This document shows positions 36,350 to 50,703 of a DNA stretch of 64,000 nucleotides, piece after piece; the first letter of the stretch is position 1; each line of letters opens with the position of its first letter. Source of the DNA: Phyllosticta citribraziliensis (Eukaryota). Made by a program: the position numbers and the translations under genes. Location of the stretch: assembly GCF_038025025.1 (NCBI RefSeq), contig NW_027117342.1:248001-312000 (forward strand), read 5' to 3'. Under the pieces are notes generated by a model, which was not told the DNA's origin, made no database searches, and worked only from the letters and a program-made list of their open reading frames with translations.

Positions 36350-39300
36350 GGAGAGGCATTTTCGGACGTGGTAGACTGTTTAATGCGCGACAGCTAGAGG
36401 GTCATTTCTGGATTGGAGATGGGGTGTTGATACAAGGCAGCTCTTGCCTCGATCGATGCATACGTGCGGGAGGGCGAATGGGGCGCATTCGAAACCATAG
36501 AAGCCGTGTAGCAAAATATAAAAAGGCGGCATCTCAGCACAAAAGCGTCTCTGGGCCAATAATGGGCGGGTAGCGGCAGGACATGGGCTGGGGCTGACGG
36601 GGCGTGAGTGCGGCCTCGACCCGGGATTTTTCTGGCGGGCACAGGAACAGAGGCGCATCACGACAGGCGACCATGGCACAAGCGCGGAGTAAAGTTCTCG
36701 TCGTCGAGGGCGGGCGAAGCCGGATCGGGCGGCGGGTGCCTTTGTGCATCGCATTTTGATGGCATCGCATTCCACCTTACGGCATGGATGGCGTCACGCA
36801 GCGCCCTGCCTTGGGTTCCTTGGACATCAGCAGACGGGGTCAGGTCGTTCGCGTCTCACGAGATGATGTGAGCTAAGGAAGGTCGGATTCCTGGGACGGG
36901 GACGAGACAAGAAGAGCCCAACGGGGCAAAGAAGCAGAAGCCGAAGCGCAAAAAGAAAGTGTCGTGGTGAGCAAACGGCGGTCAAGAGATACTTCGCACA
37001 GTGAAACGCGGAACAAATTTGGATTCAAGCGACCTCTGCTCCACGTCCCGGGAACCAGGTACGCGCTGCCGCCACTAGACCACCAGTCCACCACTGACTA
37101 CATACATGAGCAATATCACAACCCAAGCCGTCCGTGTCAACTCCATGGTCCAATGTGACAGGTCGGCTCGTTTGCCCATGGCCTCGACCCTTCATCTTGC
37201 TCGCATGCCCCCGCCGTGCTGGTCGCCCACGAACGCCCATCGTCGTCGGTCCACCGAGCGAGCGCCTCGACGTCGGTCCATGTCCCTGCGCTTACATGAC
37301 GCGGTGGGGAGAGAGCCTGGCACCATTTGGGCGTCCCTCGCATGTGCGATGCGCCCACGACGCACCAGGCGCACGGGAAGCTTCAAACAGCAAGACGCCG
37401 TCGCACAGCGCGCCGAGGGGAATCTTCTTGTGGATTCCCCGTCGCTCAACCCAGGTTCGCGGGATGACAAACACGATCAATCCAGGACCAGCTGGACGGC
37501 CAATGGCGTTCAGGGTCTGCGCGCTGAGGTTGAGCTATGTTTGGACCTGCTTGCTTCTTGGGTCCTTGCTTCCTGCACCGGGCCAACGTCGAGGGACTCT
37601 GGGTGCTGTCGTCGTCGTTGTCGTTGCGGTCGTGCCGTAGAGCGGGCCAAGCGGAAGCCAGCCGACCAGCCCAATCAGAAGCATCCGTCGACGAGACGTC
37701 GTAGGACAAGCACCAGACCAGACCAGACCAGACCAGACCCATCCGCACAAACAAAAGATTCCACCCCCCGGGGCTGGCTGGCTGGCTGGTCACTACCAGG
37801 CAGGCAGGCAAGCAAGCTGCGTGCATGCATGGTCCCGCGGGCGTCCATCTCGCAGATCCACCGACCGAGCCTGGGAAATCCTCTCAGATGCAACTGTGTA
37901 TCATGTATGTACAAGCTCCCAGATCCCCAGCGCCCGTCTGACGTCAATTGGTCAGGGCACTCGAGGCTGGGGGTCCGTGGTGCTGCACTGGAGATTGACC
38001 ACCTCGTTTGCGACCTGTAGCTGATAGAAGACGCTCCCCCAGCTGAAACGGCAAGCCAGCAGAGCAGATTGCGCGCCCCCTTCCCTTGGAACGTTGGATC
38101 AAAGTCGACAGACAGACAGACAGACAGGCGAGCAAAGAAGAAAAATGTCGTGCCGTCGTGAGGGGTGCATGCCGTGGGGTTGGATGGTCCCCAGTCGAGA
38201 GCCTTTTCAGCCGCCTGCATACTGTTCTTGTCTCAGACGAGACGCTCGAGAGCGGTTCGCATTGGGTGACTCTGTACACGCTGCAAAAGAAAGCGCCCCG
38301 GTGCCTGTTCTGTACACCCCCCTTTGCACAGACTGACTGAAGTGCCCGTCGTTCCATTGTGCATTTAAACTGCCACTTGTCGCCCTCGCGCGCCAGATCC
38401 AAAATCCCGTCGCTCTTGGCAATTGCATTGCTATCGAGGCAGCCCTTTTTTGTTTCCGTGCCTATTTTATTTTATTTCGATCAAGTAAGAAGAGCCGGGT
38501 AGGTACCATTCTGGTGGACACCTCAGCCTGCCCCGGGTGGGCGGGTGAGCGAGCCTGAGCAGCGGTGCATTGCGAGTAAACAACACCACCAGACAGACAG
38601 TAGCGATTGCCGCGTCCTCGTCGAGCCTCAAAGCGAAGCGACCGACCGACCGACGGGCTTGGAGGCGCTGCTGGCTGCTCTGCTCTGCTCTGCTCTGCTC
38701 GTGTGCGCCTGCCTCTGCCACTTGCCTTACTGACGTTGCCTCCTGCCAGAAGCCCTCCCCGTCACCACCTCGACTGCCCTTAGCGCGCGCGCAGCACCAC
38801 CCTCTATATCTTCGCCACACGCCCCATCCCTCTTCCTCTCCGCCCTCTCCGCTCCACTTTTGCCTCGTCCCGCTACCGTTCGATCCATCCGCCTCAGGGC
38901 CCTGCATTTCTTTGTAGCTTTCCTCCAGCCCAAAGTGAGTCTTGCACCACCGAGCCTCGACCTCGACGACGTCGACGACACCACCTCCGCTCTCCCAGCC
39001 CGCCAACCGAAACACGACACCAACGCTGACCTTCACGCCCACAGCTTTTGCCCGCAGTCGCTTCCCTCACATCTTCAAGCGATCCAGCATCTTCGTCAGG
39101 TATGTCGTCTGTCCTACCCTGCTGACTGCTCCCGCCGCTCAACCTTGCCCACCTCCCCGCTGCCCACCACCGCCCTCGACCGTTGCACGGGCCTTCCAAA
39201 TATGCACCACCATGCCACTGCCCCAGGACTTGCATCCTCGCCAGACGCTGACATGACTTTGCCAGGTCAATCCGACTCTCTGACACCGGTAGCTCGCTAT

Positions 39301-39455
39301 CATCTAACGAACTCCATCACCGCCGAGGTATTGCTCTTCACTTCCGCCTCGTCCGCTCAGCTTCGCCCTCTGCTCCTTGGCCTGCCCATCCCAAAACACC
39401 TTTACCTCTACTCTTCGTCGACTTCGAGGCTGACCACATGTTGCAGTCTACAGCA

Positions 39456-41308
39456 ATGGCGGCTCTCTCCGACATCGAGTCGCAGCGCAAGCGCAACTTT
39501 GCCGGTCACCACCCTGCCAACTTTGGCGGCCGCACCGCCATGTATGGCACCTACCAGGGCCAGACTCACCGTCCTGCCTTTCTGAACCCTGGACATCCCG
39601 GTGTCTTGCCATATCACGGTCTGGTGGGCGACGCGGGCCTGGCTGCCTTGACCCAGGGCTTCGCCGGCATGAACTTGCACCACCCGTCTCTCGGCTCGAC
39701 CAAGCCTGGCTCGCACGTCTCGGCCACGTCCTCTGAGCTCGGTGTCTCGGTCCCGGCGCACATGCAGCATGGACAGCACGCGATGGTGTACCAGCAGGCG
39801 GCCCAGATGATTCCTGGAATCACCAACTACCACCACGGACTTCCCCACTCGCCTAGCATGCAGACGCCTCTGAACCACTACCTCCCTCCCAATGCTTTCC
39901 AGTATGGACACCACATGCTCGACAACAACAGCCCCGTTGCCAACAACTGGAACTCGCGTGTCTCTTCGGCGGAGCCGGCCCTGATCACTCCTCGCCGCGA
40001 CTCCATCTCTTCCACCGAGCAGGACTTGCCCGGCACTCCTTACACGAGCGCCCATGCCACCTACCAGCCCAACGTCTACATGAATGGCTCTCCAAATGCC
40101 ATTTACCCTGGCAGCGGCACTCCTTCGCCCTCTCACCTTGGACCTTTCTACGTCCCGCAGGTCAACAAGGCCCCCGTCGCGCAGACCATTCCGCCCGAGA
40201 TTCAGGAGCTTCTTGTCAAGGAGCCCGCCATCCCCCATGCCATTCCCGCGCCGAGCTCGCCCGTCAAGCCGCTTGACCGTTCGCTCGAGAACAAGAACGG
40301 CGAGACCAACGTCTACATCCGCGGCCTGCTTCCCGAGACGACGGACGACATGCTGCACCAGTGGGGCATCCGCTTTGGCGACATCCAGAGCTCCAAGTCC
40401 ATCATCGACGTCAAGACCAATCTTTGCAAGGGGTGAGTCGAGTCTGATCCTTTTGACGCTTGCTTTGTACTGACACACTGCAGCTTCGGCTTCATCAAGT
40501 ACTACAACTTCAAGGATGCTGAGAACTGCATTCGCGGCTTCCACTACCTCGGCTACGAAGTCAGCTTTGCGCGTGTAAGCATCACCTTTCCCTTTAAAGT
40601 ACCAAGCTGACCTTTCAGGAATCCTTCTACGCGAAGCTCAAGAAGTTTGCCGATGAGCACAACACCAACCTCTACGTCTCCAACATCCCTCGCCACATCA
40701 ACGAGGCGGAGCTCCAGAACATCTTCGGCCCCTTCAAGGTCTGCTCGAGCAAGATCCTGCGCGATCCCGCCGGTCATGGCCGCGGCGTCGGCTTTGCCCG
40801 CTTCGAGACGCGCGACATTTGCGAGGAAGTCATCAAGAAGTTCAACAACACCCCCGTCACCGTCTCCGACGGAGGAGAGGAGCACACGATCCAGATCCGC
40901 TACGCCGACACGCAGGAGCAGAAGATTCTCAAGCAGCAGACTGCCGCCGCCCGCCAGTTTCGCGCTGCCGAGTTCGAGTACGGCGTCCTCCAGTCCAGGG
41001 CCGTCAGCAACATGAACCCCGGCTTGGTCGCTCCTCAGCAACGCATTTCGTCCCTCACTCCTCAAAAGGACGGCAACGAATTCGAAAACTACCTGAACAA
41101 GACTACGCACACCAGCTTTGGTGGACAGGGCCGTGATCGCAATGGCCGCGGCTTCGTTGCGCGCTCGTCCCAGCTCGCCCCGACTCAGTCCAAGATGCCC
41201 GTCGTCCGCGTCCAGAACGAGGACGACAAGCCTCGTCCCACCACTCCCGTCATTGCTCACGGCGACCATTCCTCGACCTCGAGCAACGCTGCCAGCGACC
41301 GCGAGTAG
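39456..41308 (+). CDS. Two-RRM RNA-binding protein (MSSP/RBMS, Spo5/Rim4-like family)
   Basis: Coding exons to 40432, 40484-40574 and 40619-41308. RNP motifs TNVYIRGL, CKGFGFIKY, TNLYVSNI and GRGVGFARF. Q/H/P/N-rich low-complexity N-terminus. Three upstream introns are predicted (see findings). Confidence 0.88.
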
Positions 41309-42544
41309 TGGAGGTCTCGAGGCCGTACATCAACACGCCCAAGATGCACACTCCCTCGCGCCATCCGTCGCTGGGACTTGTCTATCTCTACTTTCACAAG
41401 CGAACGCTACTTTGACAAACGAACGAATCGTCTTCACGCACCCAACACGCGAAACATGGATTATGGACCGCATGGAAGGTCACGTCGCCGACAAGCCGCC
41501 TAATCGATTTTCGTCGCATTGGCTCGTCGTTTGGCTCGCATCTCAGCCGCCACGTTGGGATCACCTTTCGCCTATGGTTGTATGTCTTTTTTTGACGCTT
41601 GTCGATTTGCTCCTTTTTCTTTTTTTCTTTGCATGTTGAGTATCTCGTCTACGGGTGGCGACAGGCAGCGTAATGGGTTTTCCTTTTTTTCTTCTTCTGG
41701 TCAGCCAGGTTGGTCGGGAACAAAAAAAGAAGATTGATCTGCCCTCGCGGGCTACGACGATGACGATTTGGGCGGTTCTTTTCTCTTCGACCCTGTCTTT
41801 TGTTTGCATGCTCTTTTGTACGGTATCTTTTTCCTCTTTTTGCAGCAATCATCGGTCGGACCTGGGGCCAAAGCCCTCGCCATGTCTCTGTCCTGTCAGA
41901 TGATTGGGGAGGCTGGTGCCAGGCCTCGTCTCTTTTCATTTTCCAACTGAGGGCCTTTTAGCCGACGAGTAGTCTAGCAATACAATGGTGTCTGATTGAT
42001 TTTTTTGGGGTGTGGTGAACATGTCAAAGATGAGAACAGCACAATCACGAAGGATGCATGATTCGAAGTCGTTTCGACCGTCGTCCGTCGTCCGTTGTCG
42101 GCTCATTGATGCGTTTGCCGCCGGCATGTTCGGCATGTTCGGCACCACGACGCGCATGTTTTTCGGCAGCGAAGCCCGGCGCGGCGCGCGGGTTCCGTAT
42201 CGGCATGAGGTGCTTTTGTGCAGTTGGTTCGGCATGGATCCATTTTCCCACTTTTTTTTTTTTTTTTTGGTTCTCTCTGTTTCCTGATTTGGGTTGCGGT
42301 GTTGGGTGGTGGTGGTGGCGAGTAGGCAGGTGGGCAGGTGGGTAGGTGGGTGGGTGGGTAATTTTGCCGCGTTTGGGTTACCGCGAACGGTATAGGAAGA
42401 CGGTGAGTAGTAGGGAGTAGTGACCAGCGGGCGGGGAAAAAGGGACGGAAAGGGAAGAGAGAGAGAGGATTTGTTTTGCATCAGTCAAGTGGCTGCGGGG
42501 GCTAATGAATGTAGCCACCTAGGTACATGTACGTAGGTACGTAC

Positions 42545-42547
<3 letters not shown>

Positions 42548-42584
<37 letters not shown>

Positions 42585-42725
42585 CTCACCAACTGGTCGT
42601 CACCATTGAATGATTGACGAGATGTGTATGCAACAAATGGTGGGCATGGATGGGAAGAGGATGGAGGGAGGGAGGTAGGTACAGAGAGTATCGGCACGTA
42701 GGTAGGTAGGTCTACATGAAGCTCA

Positions 42726-42773
<48 letters not shown>
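42548..42773. repeat. (GT)n and (CT)n dinucleotide microsatellites
   Basis: GT tract about 42548-42582 and CT tract about 42731-42773. Confidence 0.92.
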
Positions 42774-42781
<8 letters not shown>

Positions 42782-44374
42782 TCTTTCTACATAGTTATCG
42801 CTGGCTCTCTGTCTCGGCGTGGCGTGTCGACAGAATAACCTCACACCCCCTCGCGCGCACGGCCCCATCAGCGCCCCGAACCCAAAACGGGGATCGCTCG
42901 TAGGGTCCAAGGAATTCGCTTGCTGGCCGTGCTCCCACTGGCTGGCCACCGGTGCTTCCGCCGCCCTACCCATCTTTCTCACCCATGGGAAAGGAGGGTG
43001 GTTGGGGAGGGGGGAGGAAGGGAGGCATGGAGGTCGCTAACTGTGCTTCTGTGATGTGATGGACACGGCAACGTGTGTAGAGAGAGAGGGCGGAATCCGC
43101 GCATGCCATGCCATCCGCATGTCGTGAGGTGACAGCCCACCTCAGATGCCCACCCAGATGCCCTGCCGTGGGCTGCCCGCACCCCGGGGCCAGAGCAGCA
43201 ACGATGGTCTGTGCTGTGCTGTGCTGTGTATGTAAAACCGATTCTATACGCAAGGCTGTGTCATGCATATTCCCGTATTGCATCCAATACGCCGCGCATG
43301 GGTGGCGTAGGTAAGCGCGCTGTTCGGGCAAAAGCGTGGGCGGTGAGGTGGGCTGGCCGTCGGGTCTGGGATCGCCCGCCCGCCCGCCTGTTCGGTGGAC
43401 GGACCGGACGGATAGCGTGTGCCTACTGCCTACACACCGAACGGCTTTCGATAGATGGACAGGCACGGCAAGGCAAGGCAAGGCAAGGCAAGGAAAGCGA
43501 TAACGGCTGAGTTCCTTGTCGGATAGATGACAGGCGGTCGTCAGGCCTGCTAGCGGCACATCACATGCAAAGCCCGCCGTCCGTCTGTCGACGTAAAGTC
43601 ACTTCCTTCGTCGGACAGATGTGCGGATGCTGCACTGCCATCAGTTCCGCACTGCGTTTTTAAAAGTTTATGCTGTTTGCTTTTTTTTTTTTCCTCTCTG
43701 GGTGAACGTGAGGATGGACGCAAGACGACGTGAGAGCAGTTGCAAAGACAAAGTGCCATATCACCCACCGCTCTATCGACAGCCATGTAATGTAGTGTGA
43801 TGTGAGTAGATACAGACAAGGCGAGAAGTCCTCCGTACATTCATCTCCCCCCTCTCTTTCTCTTTTTCTTTCTTCATCCTCTTCCCACCTGGCTGGCGCT
43901 CGGGACGCGCTTGTGCACACTGCGGCAGCCTACGTAGGCAGCGCTCTGCCCGCCCAAACACTTGCCGCGCATGCGCGTCGCGTCGCATATGTATGCAGAG
44001 TCGATCCCCACGGGACTGTCTACACTGCACTGCCGCTGCTGCTTGACTAGCGCCGCCAACCGCCAAAATCTTCGAAATATGGTGCATTGAACCGAACCCG
44101 CCACCGTCCAAAGATCCTCTCGCCTGACGCCTCGCCATGCCATGCTTCGTGGTCGTCGATCCGAACGAATCCCATGCGTGCCAAATGTGGTTGTTGCCTG
44201 GGCCCTCTCTCCTTTTACCCGCCGGGTCGCGATGCGATGCGATGCGATGCGCTTATCCCCTCCCCTCCCCTACCCTGATGTCCGCATCCCACGTGGGATA
44301 CCCAAAATGCGATGCAAATCTTCCTCTGCCTGTACTGTCCTCTCTCTGCCGCAAAACGCGCTCATCCGGTACCG

Positions 44375-45330
44375 TCAATTCGGCGTCTGCGGCCCTGACT
44401 GCGCCAGCCCAGCCGCCGTTTGCGGAGACGGCTTCCGCATCGTGCCGTTCCCGCTGCCGCCGCTGGCTCCGCCTCCATCCCGGCCGAGCCGCTCCTCGTA
44501 GTCCTCGACCAGCTCGTAGGCGGGGCGGAAGCGGTCGGTCGTGTCGATGCGCAGGGCCGGGTTCGGATGGGTGTCGGTGGTGCCGCCGAGGCTGGTGTAG
44601 CCGGCGTCGTAGAGCGGGCAGTAGGGGATGCGGAGGTGGCGGATGAAGGTCCAGATCTCGACGTAGTGCCAGTCGATGACCGGGTGGATGCGCATGAAGC
44701 TGGGCCAGCCGTGGTCGGTCGGGTCAAAGTGCGTGAGGTGCTCGCCGTGCGGGTCGGTGCGCCGCGTGCCGACGAAGATGGCCTTGACGTTGGGCTGGTC
44801 GCGCAGGTACGACGCAAAGGCGGCTTTCATGGGCGAGGCGTAGGTTGCGAGGGAGAGGCTGTAGGTCCGGGTCGACGAGACAACAAAGTGCTCGACCTCG
44901 GGGAAGGGGTGGGCGGATTGTATGTACACGGACTGGATGGAGGGTGGGATTGGCGACGAGGTGGCGACGCTGCGTCGGTGGAGCGCTACAAGGTAGAGGA
45001 CGAGTAGAACGAGGCAGTCCTTGCCGCCGTTGTAGGAGAGGGATAGTTCGGAAATGCTGGTGGTCGCGTTGGTTAGAAAATGGTGAGTATGGCAAGGCTG
45101 ACCAACCTATATCTTTGCAACGCCTCCTCTATCACGCCCAGGGCAACGCGGGTCTGGGCCTGGACGGCAGAGAGGCGGACATCTTGGAATTCCTGGGCCA
45201 AAAAAGCTGCTATTGCATCGTCTAACCGCGCACATAGCTTCGCAAAGGGTACCGGGGGATCAGGAACCAAGGGCGGGGTCCCATCCACTGTGGGGTAGTC
45301 GTGCGCGGCATTGGACGTCGCGAGGGTCAT
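44375..45330 (-). CDS. FAD1: FAD synthase (FMN adenylyltransferase, PAPS-reductase fold)
   Basis: Exons 45330-45107 and 45056-44375. Motifs LSLSYNGGKDCLV, IFVGTRRTDPHG, MRIHPVIDW and LYDAGYTSLGG. Confidence 0.93.
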
Positions 45331-45912
45331 TGCGGAGCGGCGAGCTACGAATGCATGAGAGGGAGAGGGAGAGGGCGAGACAGATGATGCAGAGCGACGT
45401 CGGCAAGTTGTAGAGATGGCCTGGTGTCGGAGTCGGCGAGCTGGCGCTATCGCTATCGGGGGGTTGCCGAGGTTTGGCAATGACGTGGGAGGGGGCAGAC
45501 GGGGACAGGGACGGGGAGGCGGCAGAACCGAAAGATGAAGACCGGGACGGTACTGGTATCGAAACGGGGGCATGACGGTTGATTCAGTTCAATTCAATAC
45601 CGGCAGCCAAGTCATCACGATTTGGGTGCTGAGATGACTGGACAATATCTCGGGCGGCCGGCTGCCATGTCGAGTTAGCGTGGATGATGTGATGGGCACC
45701 CAGGCCAATGCCGAGCCAGCCAAAGGTCATTAGCAACGCAAAAAAAGTCCCAGTCAAAGAGCCGCGCTTGCATAATATTTCCCATCCAGGCGTCCGGCCT
45801 TTGACCTGCCCACCACTCGCCATTCCACCTCTCGTCGCCCCATCCGTCCTCTCTTTTTTCCTTCCACTCTCTCCCAGCATCGGCTCGCCCACCGGACACC
45901 ATCATTGCAACC

Positions 45913-48900
45913 ATGGGCTCTGTCACCAATGCTGGAGAGGCCGGTACGTCGAGCCCCATGCCCCGCATCACCAAGCCGGCCCGCACTTCGCCGCAACCAA
46001 ACAATGAATTCAGTCGCTGACCACTCCACCACCTCCAGTGGCGCGCATCGCCTACCTTGCCAGCGATGTGGTCATCTCTGTTCAGCCGTCCTTGAAACAG
46101 GACTCTGACTTTTCCGCCCACCTCTCCGCCTTGACCGCATCCAAGGCGCCTTCGGTCGTGGCCAAAAGCATCCCAGAGGTACACCTCCGCAAACACCCCG
46201 AATCTCTGCAAAAGCTGACCCCGCGCAGATTCTGCCCGCAAGGCAGAATGCCGACCCTCTCCTCTCCGTCTTCCAGCCAATTCGCTCTGGCAAGCTCGTT
46301 TCCGTCACCGCCCCCTCCTCCATCCTCGTCAAATCGATACCCCACCTCTACAAGCTCGCCCAATATCCCGTCGTCATCCACGTCTCTTTGCAGCCAACGG
46401 GCTACCCTGACTACTCGGACATCACCTCCATCAGGCAGTGCGGCTTCACATTCTTGCAATCCGAGTCGCTGCAAGAGGCACAGGACCTCGCTCTGACGGC
46501 CCACGCCCTCGCAATCAAGTCGGGCAAGGGTGTCATTCACTTTTTCGATTCTTCTGTTGCATCCAACGCAAAGCCGATTGCTCAGGAGGACCGAGAACTT
46601 GTCAAGAAGGTCTTGGATGTGGATGCCGCAAGAGTGTTCCAGAACACGACATCAGGAGAGACGACGTTGTACGCCGACGAGGGCCGAGTTGCCTCCGTCA
46701 CCACCTTCGGTGGCCAATCCCAGGTCAATGGCACCGTCAGTGAAAGCCTGACCCTGCCCGATCAGGCCGGTGGTCCTTCTCCCAGCGAGTCGTCAGGAAG
46801 TGGTTCTTCGAGGCGCGGTAGCAGCGCCGCTAGTGACAAGCAGAGCACCGTCTCTTCTGCCACGACTGTCGAGTCGGTCTCGGCCAGGCCAGTCTCTTCG
46901 GACGACATTTTCAAGCTCGTTTCCGGCATCTGGTCGACTGTCAAGGAGGTTACCGGTCGCGAATACCAGCCGTTTGCCTACACTGGCCCTGCCAACGCTG
47001 AGGCTGCTGTTTTCATTTTCGGTTCGGACACGGCATTGTTTGCCGAGGAGCTCGACGAGGCAGGTGGCGACTACTCGAACCCCGGCATAGTGACTGTTCG
47101 GCTATACCGGCCATGGCTGGGAGCTCAACTGTCGAGCATCCTTCCCAAGTCCATCAAGAAGCTTGCAGTGTTGGAGCAAGTGCGGAGAAAGACGACAAAA
47201 TGGGGCCCGCTTCTCATGGATCTTTTGATTTCGCTCAAGGGCTCCAGCGGCGCTTCTCCCACCATTGTTGGCCATCAGCTTGGCTACATTGAGGAAGCTA
47301 CCGTGCGCCAGGCTCTCCGCGGCGTCTTCCAAAACCTTTACTCGGACAAGCCCATTCAGAACCTGCAGATTGGCAAGATGGATGGCCCTTCTCCTGCCCC
47401 TTCTAGCGAGCAGGAGCTCAGCCAGCCCCAGCTTGAGAATGCCTACATGAAGATTCTCAACCAACTTTTTCAGGAGCGCCTCTACATTGCCAACCAGCTT
47501 GGTTCCGAGCATGCAGGCATTTCCGCGCAGGTTGCTGCCACTCCGGAATACGGATTCGGTTCGCTTCTTGCCCGGTTGGAGCACCGCAAGCGCTTCATTA
47601 CCGAGGCTCAGGAGGCTTCCAAGTCGGGCGAGTTCAAGTCGGACGAGGCGAAGCAATCACTCTCCAAGTGGGCTCTGGCAGCGGAGGACGTTGCCAAAGT
47701 CGAGGCTCTTGCAGAAGAGGTCATCTCCAAGCTGACTTCGGATGCTTCCGAGACCGCCAGCAAGCTCCTAGGCTCCAAGAATCTTTTCCGCAAGGAGTCC
47801 CAATGGCTTGTTGGATCCGACGCTTGGGCCTACGACCTGGGCAACTCGGGTGTCCACCATGTCCTGGCTTCGGGTGAGAATGTCAACATGCTCATTGTCG
47901 ACTCTACCCCCTACTCCGAGCGCGCTGCTGCCGACTCGGCCAGGAGAAAGAAGGACATTGGTCTGTACGCCATGAACTTTGGCAACGCTTACGTGGCATC
48001 GACGGCCGTCTACAGCTCGTACACGCAAGTCCTCCAGGCCATGCTTGAAGCCGACAAGTTTGATGGTCCTTCGGTCGTCCTGGCCTACCTGCCCTACAGC
48101 AAGGAGGACGACTCGCCCCTCACTGTCCTCCAAGAGACCAAGAAGGCTGTTGACCTTGGATACTGGCCGCTCTACCGCTGGGACCCCAAGGCCGAGGACA
48201 GGAACGAGGAAAACTTCAAGCTCGACTCTGAGAGAATCAAGAAGGAGCTCGAGGAGTTCCTTCGCCGTGACAACTACCTCTCTCAGCTGATGAAGAGGCA
48301 CCCGCAATTTTCGGCCAATCTTTCCTCTTCCTACGGCACCGAGGTCCGTGAGCTTCAAAAGAGAAAAGCAAAGGACTCGTATGGCAAGCTTTTGGAGGGC
48401 CTGCAAGGCGCGCCTCTGACCATTCTCTTTGCTTCGGACAACGGCAACGCTGAGACCGTTTCCAAGCGTCTGGGCAACCGGGGCAAGGCTCGTGGTCTCA
48501 AGACCATGGTCATGTCCATGGACGACTACCCTCTGGAAGACATCAACAACGAGGAGAACATTGTCTTGATTAGCAGTACTGCTGGCCAGGGTGAACTCCC
48601 GCAAAACGGAAGGAACTTTTGGGAGGCCGTCAAGAACTCGACCGACATTGACCTCGCATCGGTCAACTTTGCCGTGTTTGGTCTTGGTGACAGCCACTAC
48701 TGGCCCCGCAAGGAGGACAGGATCTACTACAACAAGCCTGCCAAGGACCTGCACTCTCGCCTGCTCACTCTTGGTGGCAAGGCCATGACTGACTGCGGCC
48801 TCGGTGACGACCAGGATCCTGATGGATTCCAGACTGGCTACGGCGAGTGGGAGCCCAAGCTTTGGCAAGCTCTCGGCGTTGACAAGGTCGACGGCCTTCC

Positions 48901-50703
48901 AGAGGAGCCTCCGCCAATGACCAACGAGGATATCAAGACCCAGTCCAACTTCCTCCGCGGTACCATTCTCGAAGGCCTCAAAGACACTTCGACCATGGCC
49001 ATCTCGGCGTCCGACCAGCAGCTCACCAAGTTCCACGGTACCTACATGCAGGATGACCGTGACGTGCGTGATGAGCGCAAGGCCCAGGGTCTCGAGCCTG
49101 CGTACTCTTTCATGATTCGTTGCCGTCTCCCTGGTGGTGTCTCCACTCCCGACCAGTGGGTCAGGATGGACGAGATTAGCAGCACTCTTGGCAACGAGAC
49201 CATGAAGCTGACGACTCGCCAAACGTTCCAGTTCCACGGAATCATCAAGACCAAGCTGAAGCCGGCTATGCAGGCCATCAACCGCGCACTCATGGATACT
49301 CTTGCCGCCTGCGGTGATGTCAACCGAACCGTCATGTGCAGTTCTATTCCCAGCCAGAGCGCGTTCCACCGCGAGGTCCACGCCATCTCCAAAAAGATCT
49401 CCGACCACCTCTTGCCTTCCACGACTGCCTACCACGAGATTTGGCTGACGGACGAGGACGACAAGAAGACGCAGGTCGCCGGCAACGCCGTCGTCGACGA
49501 TGAGCCGCTTTACGGCCCCACATATCTTCCCAGAAAATTCAAGATTACGATTGCCGTTCCTCCCACCAACGACACGGACGTCTACGCTCACGATGTTGGT
49601 TTGATTGCCATCAAGGGTGCGGATGGTCGCCTTGAGGGCTTCAACGTCCTCGTCGGCGGTGGTATGGGAACGACGCACAACAACAAGAAGACCTACCCCA
49701 GGACTGGCAGCATGCTTGGCTTCGTTCCTGCTGACGAGGTTCACACTGCCTGCGAAAAGGTCATGCTTGTCCAACGCGACCACGGAGACCGCAAGAACCG
49801 CAAGCATGCCCGTCTCAAGTACACCATCGACGACATGGGTGTCGAGACCTTCAAGGCCAAGGTCGAGGAGTACTGGGGCAAGAAGGGTTTCGCCGAGCCG
49901 CGTCCCTTCAAGTTTGAGAGCAACATTGACACCTTTGGCTGGATCAAGGACGAGGCTGGTCTCAACCATTTTACCATGTTCATCGAGAACGGTCGCATCG
50001 AGGACACTGCAGAATTCCCCATGAAGACGGGTCTCCGCGAAATTGCCAAGGTCCACAAGGGTCAATTCCGCCTGACTGGAAACCAGCACTTGATTCTCTC
50101 CAACGTCCACGACGACGACCTCGACAACATTAAGGAGATGCTCAAGAAGTACAAGCTCGACAATACCAACTTCTCTGCCCTTCGCCTCTCTTCCTCTGCC
50201 TGCGTTGCCTTCCCAACCTGCGGTCTGGCCATGGCCGAGTCCGAACGTTACCTGCCCGTTCTGATCAGCAAGGTGGAGGACACGCTCGAGGAGGTTGGCC
50301 TCAGACAAGACAGCATCGTCATGCGCATGACCGGTTGCCCCAACGGTTGCGCGCGTCCCTGGCTCGCCGAAGTCGCCTTCGTCGGCAAGGCGTACGGCGC
50401 CTACAACATGTACCTCGGCGGCGGCTACCACGGGCAGCGTCTCAACAAGCTGTACCGGTCGTCAATTAAGGAAGACGAAATTCTCGCCATCCTGAAGCCG
50501 CTCTTCAAGCGCTACGCTACTGAGCGCAACGAGGGCGAGCGCTTTGGAGACTTTTGCATCCGCAAGGGCGTCATCAATGAGACGACGCACGGCACCAACT
50601 TCCACGACAACGTAAGTTAACAATCCGTCATTGATACCTTTTGCACATTTGCTGACTCGTATTGCAACAGACTGGCGAGGAAGAAGAGGAAGACGAGTCA
50701 TAG
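45913..50703 (+). CDS. MET5: Sulfite reductase [NADPH] beta (hemoprotein) subunit
   Basis: Exons 45913-45943, 46039-46178, 46229-50611 and 50671-50703. PFOR-like GSDAWAYD, flavodoxin ASDNGNAE/STAGQGE, KFHGTYMQDDRD, and siroheme/4Fe-4S cysteines CVAFPTCGLA and TGCPNGC. Confidence 0.96.

Noticed and set aside
41308..44375. Short ORFs in the long intergenic stretches (also 36350-38700 and 19000-21000)
   Set aside because: They translate microsatellite or low-complexity DNA, lack coding bias, and have no supporting splice structure.
47768..50431. 887-aa ORF antisense to MET5, and similar antisense ORFs opposite NUP49, CPR, the RRM gene and the repeat protein (e.g. 59381-61402)
   Set aside because: Shadow ORFs caused by strong C/G third-position bias and coding repeats. 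No independent motifs.
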